Of a DNA stretch of 64,000 nucleotides, positions 27,461 to 39,750 are shown piece by piece. This stretch comes from Octopus sinensis (lineage: Eukaryota), in NCBI RefSeq assembly GCF_006345805.1, contig NC_043009.1, positions 65,596,001 through 65,660,000 on the forward strand, written 5' to 3'. Position 1 is the stretch's first letter. Every line of letters starts with the position of its first letter. Both the position numbers and the translations under genes were made by a program. The notes beneath the pieces were generated by a model. It had not been told where the DNA came from and made no database searches. It saw nothing but the letters and a program-made list of their open reading frames with translations.

Positions 27461-28085
27461 CGTCAAGAGGAGCAGCATCGATCTATGTCAACTAATAAAA
27501 GTTATACCCGTTTACTTTCGTTACAACTCCTGTGTGTGCGTGTGTGTGTGTGTACTTTGCCTATATTAACCTTCCCACTCCTCAGCCACCTCCTTAGTTT
27601 TATATCCTCGTTTTGTCCATCCCGCAAATATATCATAAAATCGATATTAGCTTAAACCCTATTCTATTTTACGTCTCTAATTCATCGTTACGCACCCCTA
27701 TTCAGCCTTTCCTTACCTTTTCCGATTACGTGTGTCTAAAATCTACGACGGATTCGTAATCAACAATGACGATGATAAAACAAAGCCGCTGATGCTCTTT
27801 CGCTCGTCCCACGTTCCGTTTCAGAGTGAACAATCGCTGTCATGTTGTAGCTCTTCCGAAAGTCTACTTTACTCCCTCCGCTTTTGCTCATCAAGATGAA
27901 TCGTTAGTCTAATAACAGTAATCGTTGTACACAGATTGTAGAGATGAAACAAAAAGCATTTGGTGTGATACTTCTCAGACCTTCTTATAAAACATCCCGT
28001 TTCAAAGTGGAGATAGTTTTTTTTCCTCTTTCAAATGTCGATAATAATCGACATAGTAGTAGTAGTAGTAGCAGCAAAAATAATG

Positions 28086-28151
<66 letters not shown>

Positions 28152-28580
28152 TCAGAGGCTAAGCTGACACCATATATAACCTGAAGTACAAGAAATGAAA
28201 ATACGTACGACGGCTATAAGCAATAATGTCGGGAACTGCTACAAAAATGCGAACAACTAATATGAAAGCTGTTCACAAAGTTAAGAACAACAACAACAAC
28301 AACATATGACAAGATCATTTGAATGGAAGAAAGTCAATTAAAATATCAAAAATAACAACGAAGCAATAACAGTAAATATTACAACAAAATCCCTCAAATA
28401 AATATAAACGCCATCAGAATATTTGCAAATAAATGTCTAATGTTGTGACTTACAGGGACAGATATTTATGCAAATATGTTTATATGTATGTATATATATA
28501 TATATATTATATATATATATATATATAGTATTATATAATATGAATATAACATATTTCTGAAATAATAATAATAATAATAA

Positions 28581-28677
<97 letters not shown>

Positions 28678-28679
<2 letters not shown>

Positions 28680-29210
28680 GCCCTGATGCAGTACCAGGAA
28701 GTGGCTCTCGTGGCTTCTGATCTTAACTGATTGGAAGTGTTGTCATGTGCATTGTTTTGTCTTGGTATAAAAGATGGGCTACAGCAAATATTCTGCTCAA
28801 TACCACAGATTTGCTTGTCAGTTGTTTGACCTTAACCAGTTGAGCATGTCCCTTAGTGGCTGACGATATGTGCATCTCTGATCACGAGCAGAAGTAGTGG
28901 GGGAGCATCATAGCCATGTGTCGAGAGGGATTCTTTGGGGTTTGAATAATCCACCTTTGGAAACATGGGTGTTTCGTTCAACATCTTTAAACAACCCTTA
29001 TTCAGGGACCTTTTGAGCAGTATGGGTTACTCGAACAGAATGAAATTCTAACTGGGCCCCACCTGCAAGGTCATGTGCTGTTTATCTTGATATCAGATCA
29101 CCACGTAGCGCATATATGGTTGTGATGCATGTGCCTGGTGTACCCCTATCAGACGGGTAGTCATGATGGGTATACTGGGCTTCGTATATTTTACCCCAGT
29201 TTCACTCAAT
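28678..29210 (+). mobile_element. ~560-bp non-tRNA interspersed element embedded in (TAA)n, copy 1
   Basis: ATGCCCTGATGCAGTACC...TCACTCAAT, flanked by (AAT)n on both sides. Homologous to 44842-45417 and 59656-60006. Confidence 0.8.
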
Positions 29211-29238
29211 GATAATAATAATAATAATAATAATAATA

Positions 29239-29292
<54 letters not shown>

Positions 29293-29909
29293 TAATAATA
29301 ATAATAATAATAATTTATTGTTGTTAGTATTATTATTATTATTATTATTATTATCATCATCATCATTATCATTTTTATATCTGTGTGTATGCATGTAAGT
29401 ATGTATGTATAAACACATACATATGTACCACATCCACGTGCAGTCGGTCTCATGTGAGTATACGCACGTGCTGAGCTTGTATGTACAGATATATAAGGAT
29501 TATGTACAAATAAGTGTATGCGCGCGCGCGTGAGTGTGTGTGCGTGTGTGTGTGTGTGTGTGAGTGAGTGAGTGCTAGACTGTACGAATATACACGAGTG
29601 TCTGTGTGCGAATATTAAGATGTTTAAGCAGGTAGCATGTTGTCGGATATAATGGCTTTAAAATCTCCTTTCCCACAGACAGCCTTTGGCAACAACCACG
29701 TAAAGACGAAATATTCATTAAGAAGAATATAGAATCCAACGCGGAGGTCATAAAATCATGGATTTTATTACAATACGTGAAATTCATAAAGTACACATCT
29801 TAAACCTTCCATGCAATTTTCAGATGTGACATCGAGTTTGCCTCACTTTTAATATACGAGCGTCCCACTCCAATCTCCACATACAAAAGATACTAAGCTT
29901 AGGGAAACT

Positions 29910-30027
29910 CACATATGCACATACATACATACATACATACATACATACATACAACATACATACATACATACATATATACTTACATATATTCTTACATACA
30001 TACATACATATATACTTACATACATTC

Positions 30028-30058
<31 letters not shown>

Positions 30059-30095
30059 CATACTTACATACATTCTTACATACATACATACATTC

Positions 30096-30126
<31 letters not shown>

Positions 30127-30155
30127 CATACTTACATACATTCTTACATACATTC

Positions 30156-30186
<31 letters not shown>

Positions 30187-30271
30187 CATACATACATACA
30201 TACATACATACATTCTTACATACATTCTTACATACATACATGCATACATACATTCTTATATACATTCTTAT

Positions 30272-30302
<31 letters not shown>

Positions 30303-30315
30303 CTTACATACATTC

Positions 30316-30346
<31 letters not shown>

Positions 30347-30398
30347 CTTACATTCTTATATACATACATACATACAACATATATACTTACATATATTC

Positions 30399-30429
<31 letters not shown>

Positions 30430-30611
30430 CATACATACATACATACATACATACATACATACATGCATACATACATACATACATGCATACATACATACAT
30501 ATATACTTACATACATTCTTACATACATACATACATACTTACATACATTCTTACATACATACATGCATACATACATACATACATTCTTATATACATACAT
30601 GCATACATACA

Positions 30612-30647
<36 letters not shown>

Positions 30648-30680
30648 TGTACATACCTACACCTATATGTACATATACAT
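29910..30680. repeat. (ATAC)n array with a recurrent ATTCTT variant unit
   Basis: Read directly from the sequence. Confidence 0.95.
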
Positions 30681-30927
30681 GTATATATGAGTACAGGACA
30701 CCAAAAAAACGTAGAACACAATGAGAAACGAAAACATAAGAACAAAAACATGGAAACGGATTTTTTCAAACAACGAACAAACAGAGTAGAAGACATACAA
30801 CACAAGGAACATTCCCCTTCTTCAGCTGCCCCTGTTTCGACTATTCCGTGTTTCGAAGGTACTACATAGGTACAAAGTAAGGTGGAAAAATAGTATTTGA
30901 ATATAAAGGTAGGGTAGGCACAAAACT

Positions 30928-31135
30928 AGCGAGCTTGCAGAACAGTTAGCACGCTGGGTGAAATGCTTTGTAACATTTCAACTATCTTTACGTTCTGAGT
31001 TCAAATTCTGCCGAGGTTAACTTTGCCTTTCAGTCTTTCAGGGTCATTAAAATAAGTACTAGTTGAACTCTAGGGTGATGTAATCGACTCATCCCCATCA
31101 ACTCCAAGCCGCCTTTGTGCCAAAAATTTGAAATA
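30928..31135 (+). mobile_element. SINE group B, diverged
   Basis: TACGTTCTGAGTTCAAATTCTGCCGAGG...GCCTTTCAG motif and tail. Confidence 0.8.
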
Positions 31136-31184
31136 ATAATAATAATAATAATAATAATATAATAATAATAATAATAATAATAGT

Positions 31185-31380
31185 CTTGACGATTGAAAAG
31201 GTTGCAAGACGCAACGAAAACTTTAGGAAAATAAAAATATGAAATAAGTGGAAATTTTACCGGTGAGGGTGTTAAATTAAAAAGCACAAAAAGAAAATGA
31301 CTCTCCCCAGACAAAACAGAATATGCTTCAACACACGAACTCATATAAAGAATCTTGCAAACCAAATCCCAAAACGAAAC
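31185..31380 (+). mobile_element. Family 2 terminal repeat (Penelope-like by inference)
   Basis: Homologous to 38380-38635 and 51961-52048. Starts with a hammerhead-like motif and is flanked by TAA/TTA tracts. Confidence 0.6.
31190..31226 (+). ncRNA. Hammerhead-like motif with U3-A8 core
   Basis: CGA-TTGAAAA-G-GTTGC(AAGAC)GCAAC-GAAA-AC-TT-TAG. Perfect 5-bp stem II directly before GAAA. Confidence 0.45.
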
Positions 31381-31383
31381 TAT

Positions 31384-31414
<31 letters not shown>

Positions 31415-31465
31415 TTATTATTATTATTATTATTAATATCATTATTATTATTATTATTACTATTT

Positions 31466-31510
<45 letters not shown>

Positions 31511-31734
31511 AGAAGAAGAAGAAGAAGAAGAAGACTGAAAAAAGCGTCGACTTTTAGACGCTCCATCAAACTGACAACTCAGCTGTGAGAATAATTGCAA
31601 TATTGTGCCAGAGGTGGAGAGAATGTGAATGGTCTGTCGAGGAAGCGAGCAGCCATTGAACGCTGTAAAATAACAACAATAACAACAACAACAACAACAA
31701 CAATAATAATAATAATAATTACAAGAACAATAAC

Positions 31735-31772
<38 letters not shown>

Positions 31773-31879
31773 CAATAATAATAATAATAAATACAATAAT
31801 AATAATAATAATATAATAATAATAATAATAAAATAATATAATAATAATAATTACAATAATAATAATAATAATAATAATA

Positions 31880-31934
<55 letters not shown>

Positions 31935-32065
31935 GGATGACGATGATGATGATGATGATGATGGTTATGATGACGACGACGACAATGATGATGATGATAC
32001 TGATGATGACGATGACGACGACGATGAGGATGACGATGATGATGAGGAGGAGGTGGATGATAAAT
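31381..32065. repeat. Compound trinucleotide tracts (TTA)-(TAG)-(AAG) and (AAC)-(AAT)-(GAT)-(GAC/GAG)
   Basis: Read directly; interrupted by a short unique stretch at ~31535-31670. Confidence 0.93.
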
Positions 32066-32413
32066 AAGTAAAAAGAGAAAAAAAAGATTTAGAAATAAAA
32101 AAGAAAGAACAAATTAATTACGAATAAACGGGGCACGGATTGATAAGTGAAAAGCCTTCGGCATAATTCCGAAGAAGTCTTGGATATTCGAGACACTTCA
32201 GGTCAATAAAGAGAAAAAAAACCCAAACAAACTGAGTCTCCTGATGATAAGATAGTATATCAATGGCGTTCATGAGACGAAAGGGGAGAATCAATGACAC
32301 TGCGAAATGACAAGGAGCAACTGTGCATGTGCGTGTGTCTGTTAGTATGCGCATATGAGTGTCTGGGTGTGTATTATATGTTGTGTAATGTGTGTGTGTG
32401 TTGTGTGTAGTGC

Positions 32414-32482
<69 letters not shown>

Positions 32483-32485
32483 CAT

Positions 32486-32518
<33 letters not shown>

Positions 32519-32521
32519 CAT

Positions 32522-32604
<83 letters not shown>

Positions 32605-32713
32605 ATAGATATGTAACTGCGATCAAAGGGGCTGATGAGAATGGTTTATTTGTGTATTATTAGGGGCAAAATGTTTCTTCTCGTACGATACATCCAAAAG
32701 ATGTGCGACCATG

Positions 32714-32757
<44 letters not shown>

Positions 32758-33944
32758 TCTCTGTCTCTTTCACCCACCCTCTCAACCTGCACAGATTTTG
32801 TTCACACTTTTTGCATCGAAGGCACTCCAGTCATGACCACAACATGTTTTAGTGGTATGCCTAGGACTTCGTTTGCCAATGTGTCCATTTATTATTTAGA
32901 AGGATAAAATTCGCGATGGAGTATATTTCGCTGCTATTCTTAAATAGGTTAAGCGACCACATAAAGAAATATTTCTCACCTTATTTAATGTCATCAATGT
33001 TTGATTTGCTTCGCTTTTATTGACGATGATAGAGTTGCGTTTTCGTGGGGGTGGGGTGGGTGGGGTTCTAACTATAATAATCGCGACGACCAAGTGATTT
33101 CTGCTGTGGCTCAGTGAGCACAAAGTTCAAATGCCCCCCGAGGTCAATGCTATTTTTTCTTATTGAGGAGTCGTTAGAATAAGCTACCTTCCCGGATTGA
33201 TGGATTAAAGCATCGCCGTATTTCTTCCGGTTGTTTTCATTCTGAAAATACGGGTAGCAACGTTAATCCTCCCTCCAGTTCAACACCACTACCTGGGTCT
33301 TGGACACCTATAGCAGATTGAATTTTAATGCATTCATTTAAGCTAAGTCTCCGCTATAAAATTAACTTTGTCTTTCTATTCTTACTTGCCCTGAAAAAAT
33401 AATACATAGGATCATGGATGCTATCTCTTTTTCATTGGACTAACGGAACCTGAGGGTAGTTTCAGGTTACGGTTTCCTAAGGACAACGTCTTTCAACGAA
33501 TCCTTATTGAAGTCTTATTGCACTTTAGCTCCGTGTTATCTACCGTACAAGAAGGCATTTCGGGAAATATATAATTTTCAAAATATAATCTCTAGAAATT
33601 ATCCATTTATCTTCCCCGCCCAATATTCCTGGGAGGGCCGTTGAACTAGCTTCCTCACGTACTTCCTCCATAGGGATCTCACAGAAGCAACCACCATTAG
33701 ACTTTGCCTTTCGTGACAAACTACGATTACAGATATTATCCAAGCATCTTATTTTTCGTCTTCCCCAAGATCTCCTGCCCTTTGGCTCGATTTAAGAAAT
33801 CTGTCATGTGATTTTTTCACCTGCAACATTCTAATCACGTGTCTATTGTATCAATACACGCGTAAATAGTATTTTGCTTACAAGGAACAAATTAATCTTG
33901 AAATAAACATAATACACCATATAAGCACATGTACAAGCATACGC

Positions 33945-34212
33945 GGGGGCGCAATGGCCCAGTGGTTAGGGCAGCGGACTCTCGCTCGGAGGATCGCGGT
34001 TTCGATTCCCAGACCGGGCGTTGTGTGTGTTTATTGAGCGAAAACACCTAAAGCTCCACGAGGCTCCGGCAGGGGGTGGGGTGGTGACCCCTGTTTCTTG
34101 AGTAACGCTGCGATGGACTGGCGTCCCGTCCAGCTGGGGGGAACACAACGCGATAGAAACCGGGAAACCGGGCCCATGAGCCTGGCTAGGCTTGAAAAGG
34201 GCGCAAAAAAAA
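33945..34212 (+). mobile_element. SINE group C (tRNA-like head) with V-domain-like tail
   Basis: TGGCCCAGTGGTTAG A box, GGTTTCGATTCCC B box-like, TTATTGAGCGAAAACACCTAAAGCTCC, then TGCGATGGACTGGCGTCCCGTCCAG. Confidence 0.85.
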
Positions 34213-34335
34213 TTAAGCATACATGAATAATCCTGCTCGTTATGTTACACTTATCTCCCCTGTTGCCATCGTACGTATCAGCCCTCTTTCTTTCCACGTC
34301 CCTTCCGGTTATTCTAGCTTCAGCCATTGTCAATG

Positions 34336-34456
34336 TTGACCCCGAAAGGATGAAAGACAAAGTCGACCTCGGCGGAATTTGAACTCAGAACGTAATGGCA
34401 GACGACATACTGGTAAGCATATCGCCCGGCGTGCTAACGATTCTGCCAGCTCGCCT
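34336..34456 (-). mobile_element. SINE group B, 5' half
   Basis: Head and B box through the central domain. Confidence 0.85.
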
Positions 34457-34879
34457 ATATATTGAAAGAAAGAAAAATGGAAAAAGATGGATATATGAAT
34501 AAATTATTTGCGTGATATAAAAATGTTAAAATTTTTTATAACAGCACAAATACATTATATGTAGTAAAGCTCAAAAAGAAATGGCAGATGTGAAAACCTA
34601 CACATATGTTTCAGTTCTTTCAATATTATAATGTGTATTACTTCAATAATCTCTAACATATCGCTGAGACTTTTTTATTATATGATAGGGATTAACCAGT
34701 GGAATTGTTTTGGATTATATAATCCCTAATGTGGACCTAGCATCCTCGAATTGACTATAAATGTATTTATGTATGTATGTATGTATCTATGTATGTATGT
34801 ATGTATGAGTATTTAAGCGGACGCATCGAATATCGTTCCTCATTAGCTTTGAAGTATTTCTAGTTTCATGTTGTGTCTT

Positions 34880-36070
34880 TAATAACATTAAGGCGCAGAA
34901 ACGCCCGAAATATTGCATCTGCAATGGTTTGATGATCGCCACGATTTCAGTAGCCGTCTGGAAGACAGTGTTGAGTGTCCGACATTTCAGGTGCCCGGCG
35001 CCTAATTTTGATCTCTGCTTTACACTAGGCTGAAACTTTATCAAAGAGCACGAATATTACCTATGCTCATCATCAAGGAAAATCTGCAAGCGGCGCAAGC
35101 TCAGTGGGTGTCTGCGCACCAGCAAGCTCAGCATGCTGGGATCGCTTTCAAAGCATGACGAGTGGAACGTGTCCCTTAAAGAGAAAGGGGAATAAGAGAC
35201 GATCCAGTGTCGCTAATCGGAGACCGTGAGGACGAGAAACAACGGTCTGGCGGTAAGTTTATTACGGAGAAGAATGTGGGAATTCGTCACCTCCGCTCGA
35301 CATTTCCAGGATAACAGTTTCTCAACTCATTTCGGAATGAGGCTGGTCACTTTGCTCATAACTTCGTCCCAGTTTCTTTCCACCAAGTGGTCTGGACCAA
35401 ACAAGGCTTCGAGCAATTTAACCGATCCTACTATCCGGCGATTTAGTATGCTATTCAACAGCATAGATTTTCCATGCCAAGAGCCAGGCTGCAAGCCCAC
35501 CGACCTATCCAGTTTCTCTAGGTTCTTGCCATCGCCTCGTATTCCTTTAGCATAACCTCGATTACTTGTTCTTCAGTAGTGTCCGACATCATTACGGTGA
35601 CGGTATATGTATTCGCTGAAACAGCTCTCTCCTGCATCCCAGTTCTGGCATCTGCAGCGTTGGCCCGAGAGCCAATACGTATAGAAGATATTAAAGACAA
35701 CACGCTTAACTTGATGGGTACTTCTCTTTACCGATTCCGGGATGGATGAAAGACAAAGTTAAACTCGGCGGAACTCTAACTCATATTGTAATGAGTCACA
35801 AGAAACACAGCAAAGCATTTTCCTGACGCTCTAACGATCTGGATTTGCTATTATTCTTTCTGAATACAAGGCCAGCATGTTTGAGTACTTTAGGCGTAAA
35901 ATAGATCCCAGTATTAAGATAGTATCGACACCGGGAATCGATGCTATTTTCTAATCCACACACGCCCAAAAGCACTGGGTTAGCATTTAAATAAGAGCCG
36001 GCAATTTTGAGCGAGGGCAGCATTACTGGACAATGGTTGAAATAGTCGAACGTATCGACTAAAGTAAAAA
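34880..36070 (-). mobile_element. Decayed Tx1/L1-clade reverse transcriptase fragment, interrupted by a SINE B relic (~35715-35850)
   Basis: Minus strand reads VSANTYTVTVMMSD...LKEYEAM (decayed YADD region), RSVGLQPGSWHGKSM, VKLLEALFGPD...RNWDEV and LFPFLFKGHVPLV, with stops and frameshifts. Confidence 0.78.
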
Positions 36071-36138
36071 CGTAATCCATATTTTCTTGATCGAGATAGA
36101 AATTGAAATATAGCAGAAAGAAAGAAAGTAGAGCAGAG

Positions 36139-36172
<34 letters not shown>

Positions 36173-36498
36173 GGAGGGAGAGAGACAGAGAGTTCGTGAA
36201 AGGGTTTGGTAAAATTTGTCACCCGAAACCGTCCAAGTAAAGCATAATCGCACACCATCAAGCTCAACCCACTCACAATTCCTTGTATTTTGAAGCGAGA
36301 GAAACGGAAGTCAAAACGGTAAACTAGTTCCCGACAATGTGTCGCTTTCTTCAGACCCATAAACATACATAAATACACACACACACACACATACATATAC
36401 ATACATACATATATATATGTACATACATATAGATATATGATATATGATATATATATATATAAATATATATATATATATGTATACATGTATATATATAG

Positions 36499-36530
<32 letters not shown>

Positions 36531-36534
36531 GATG

Positions 36535-36566
<32 letters not shown>

Positions 36567-36614
36567 CACATGTATATATATTCGCATTTGCATATATGCG
36601 TATGCGTGCACGTA

Positions 36615-36645
<31 letters not shown>

Positions 36646-37239
36646 ATGCGTGTGAGTATGTCTGTGTGTTTCTGTACGTAATGGTTCCCGTGCAGAATCG
36701 TCATTCTTGCTAATTGATTATCTTCATGTTTCCCGCCATTTCCAAGCAGCAGCAGTAGCGGCAGCGGCAGCAGTAACTCTGCCGCTGAATCTCTGTATGC
36801 ATGTGTGCGCATGTCTGCGCACGTGTGTGTGTGTTTGTGTGTGTGTGTCGTGATGATGTTTCTCAGTTGTTGGTCGTTCTAAGCTCATCAGTCAACGGTG
36901 TCACTGGTTAGAGTTCATGCGGCGGATAATCCGCCATTTTTGCATCCCTGTATCGTATGGAGTCTGGGAGAGAAGTGTGAGGGTGTGTGCGTGTGTGTTA
37001 ACGATGAACATAAGTGCTTATACACATGCACACACTCACACACAGGCACACACACATACATTATATACATACATATATATGTAATACATGTATATACACA
37101 TATGAGTGCTAGTGTATGCATGTAGGCATATATATATATATATATATATATTTGTGTATATATATATATTGTGTATATATATAATATATATGTATATATA
37201 TATTTCTGTATATGTATATATATTTGTATATATATATAT

Positions 37240-37301
<62 letters not shown>

Positions 37302-37766
37302 GAACACATATGTATCAGTACACGTTTATTTGTTACTCGATGTGTATGCGTATGTGTGGCTCTCTCTCTCTGTGTGTGTGTGTTGTGTGTGTGTGTATGC
37401 ATTTATGCGTATGACTTAACATTTCGGTGATATATAAATATGTTTTGCTGACAACGTGCCTTAATATACGTGTACATGAAGGCCTTTTCCTCTCCTCCCC
37501 GCCATTTTGTGAAGTTGGGAGGCGGAGGGGTACGTTTGCTATGATTTTTGTGGTGTTTTTTTCTTTCTCTTTTGTTTGTTTGTTTTGTCTTTGTCATTTG
37601 TTTATTGAAGAAGTAGGTTATTGGGAACACCACTGCGCTACTTGAACACTCCATCTTGTTCAATAAAGAAAGAAAAAAGTAGGGAAAAACGAACAAATAT
37701 AATAAGAGAATAGAAGTGGTGAGGAGAGAAAGGGAGAGAAAATGGGAAAAAAGGGAAATTGACTGT

Positions 37767-37807
<41 letters not shown>

Positions 37808-37907
37808 NNNNNNNNNNNNNNNNNNNNNNNNNNNNNNNNNNNNNNNNNNNNNNNNNNNNNNNNNNNNNNNNNNNNNNNNNNNNNNNNNNNNNNNNNNNNN
37901 NNNNNNN
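37808..37907. other. Assembly gap (100 N)
   Basis: Run of exactly 100 N, typical of a placeholder gap of unknown size. Confidence 0.99.
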
Positions 37908-38379
37908 GGGGCGGTCATGGCTCTGACTACGGTTTAAGTGACGACAAAACTGAATGCTATTCTAAGACATACAAATGGGTTTATTACCGAATATTTTAAG
38001 TGCTGTAAGGTAGGCACCAAGACACCGAGAGGTTTACATATTTTTGCGCTTAAAATGCCCACTCAAAATTAAGGCCTGCAACGTTCGCAGGAAGTCACCC
38101 AGAAATATATCATTCGCAAGAATCACCACTATCCAAACGACCATAGAAGACTTCGAGCAACGTGCAACGTGCAGCTTTCACGTTGTTCCACCTTCTAAAC
38201 AACAGCTGATCCTTTTGGACCCCTAACAAAGGCTTTCTACCGTTTTAGTGAATCTTCTTTCCATCTACTTCATTATACAGATTTATCTGTAAAGCAGAAC
38301 CCCCCAGAGAAAGCCTCGACAAACAACACTCTCGTGTTATGCTGCTGCTCTTTTTTAACAGAAAAGTATATTTTTATTA

Positions 38380-38635
38380 TATTTCGTTTTTCGATTTGGC
38401 TTGCAAGATTCTTTATATGAGTTCGTGTTTTGAAGCATATTCTGTTGTGTCTGGGGAGAGTCATTTTCTTTTTGTGCCTTATAATATAACACACTGAAGA
38501 CTACTGAAAAGGTTGCAAGACGTAACGAAAATTTTAGGAAAATAAAAATAAGAAATAAGTGGAAATTTTACCGGTGAGTGTGTTACATTATAAGGCACAA
38601 AAAGAAAATGACTCTTCCCAGACACAAGAGAATAT
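38380..38635. mobile_element. Family 2 repeat in inverted (fold-back) arrangement
   Basis: 38380-38495 is the reverse complement of the family 3' part. 38497-38635 is the forward 5' part. Together they give ~58-bp inverted arms. Confidence 0.75.
38501..38537 (+). ncRNA. Hammerhead-like motif, family 2, second copy
   Basis: CTA-CTGAAAA-G-GTTGC(AAGAC)GTAAC-GAAA-AT-TT-TAG. Stem I CTA/TAG, palindromic AATT. Confidence 0.4.
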
Positions 38636-39197
38636 ATTTTTATTAGTAGACGGATAAAACTTTCCTGCTTACACCTTTTTTGTTATTATCCCCCTAATCC
38701 AACCAATTCCTTTCTTTCGATTGTATATCTTTTACTGGTTATACATACCGAGTCCTTGTTGTCCAGTTTTAAAGGGACAGCTCGTAAAGCTGTATGTATG
38801 GGTCTTTTCGCTCTTCTCATAATTCAGAATAATTATCTCCCCATATCTTCAATCAACCGTCAAACAGTAAGGCCGCTTAATGAATGGTAGTTAGCAATGT
38901 CTTCCACGCTTGAACGTTTCATGTTTCTCTTCTTCAAAGTGATGTTCAGCTCTTGTTTGAAATGCTCCTTTTGTCATCCTTCGAGGTTCTTGAATATAGC
39001 GCAATAAGACATGGAACTCTATGTCCACAGTCACCAATTAGGGCGTGTATAGTGCAAACCAATGCTGTTCCTATTCAATAAAGTATTTCTGTTGTTGAAA
39101 ACCACAATTCAACACATTCCTGCCTATATTCACCATACTGGACATTCTAAAATCAACACTATCCTCACTCATTATTTAAATCTTTCCCCTCTCTCCT

Positions 39198-39240
<43 letters not shown>

Positions 39241-39719
39241 CTATCTACATTTGAGGAAGGACCAAATGTTCTAAAAAACCCTGCTGAATTCACTTCTGCA
39301 TTTCCCAAACAATAGTTTATAATGACATGGTACTCTTGTTCGTTTCTCGTCCGTTCTATTTTGTACTCGAAATTACTTTCCGATAGATCACAAGCAGACG
39401 AAAAGTTACAAAAGTCACACAATCCATTATATATGCAGAATTTGTCTCTGACAGATGTAGACCATTGAATGCATTTCTGTTTCTCCACAATACATTTCAC
39501 AAGATACCCAACTGTATCTTTGCTACATATTATTTCGTTAATCACACACATATACACACGCACGCACGCACGCACACACACACACACACACATACACACA
39601 GGCACATAAACACACACACACACACACACACGTACACTCACTCACACACACATATAGGTGCACATGTACATATGCATGTCCGATTCTGCTAGCCTGTTAC
39701 TTTTTTCTCTGTCTAAAAC

Positions 39720-39750
<31 letters not shown>

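Noticed and set aside
27041-27478. Poly-Met ORF and other low-complexity ORFs (20042-20640, 29909-30869, 41624-42438, 49871-50564, 56194-56695)
   Set aside because: These are translations of microsatellites, open in several frames and on both strands.
30690-30870. Hammerhead on the minus strand (GAAA...CTGAAGA)
   Set aside because: The order and spacing do not allow stems I and III, and no GAAA follows the putative stem II. It may be a retroelement terminus, but I cannot support that.
31535-31670. Zinc-knuckle-like relic (YCARGGENVN) between microsatellites
   Set aside because: Too short, and it lacks the conserved Cys/His spacing needed for a call.
33945-34030. tRNA genes at SINE heads (also 6090, 52051, 57111, 58420-58499)
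   Set aside because: A and B boxes are present but no complete cloverleaf is evident, and each continues into a multicopy SINE body.
37908-37945. rDNA/R2-target-like sequence after the gap
   Set aside because: It does not match the 28S R2 site and no rRNA sequence continues from it.
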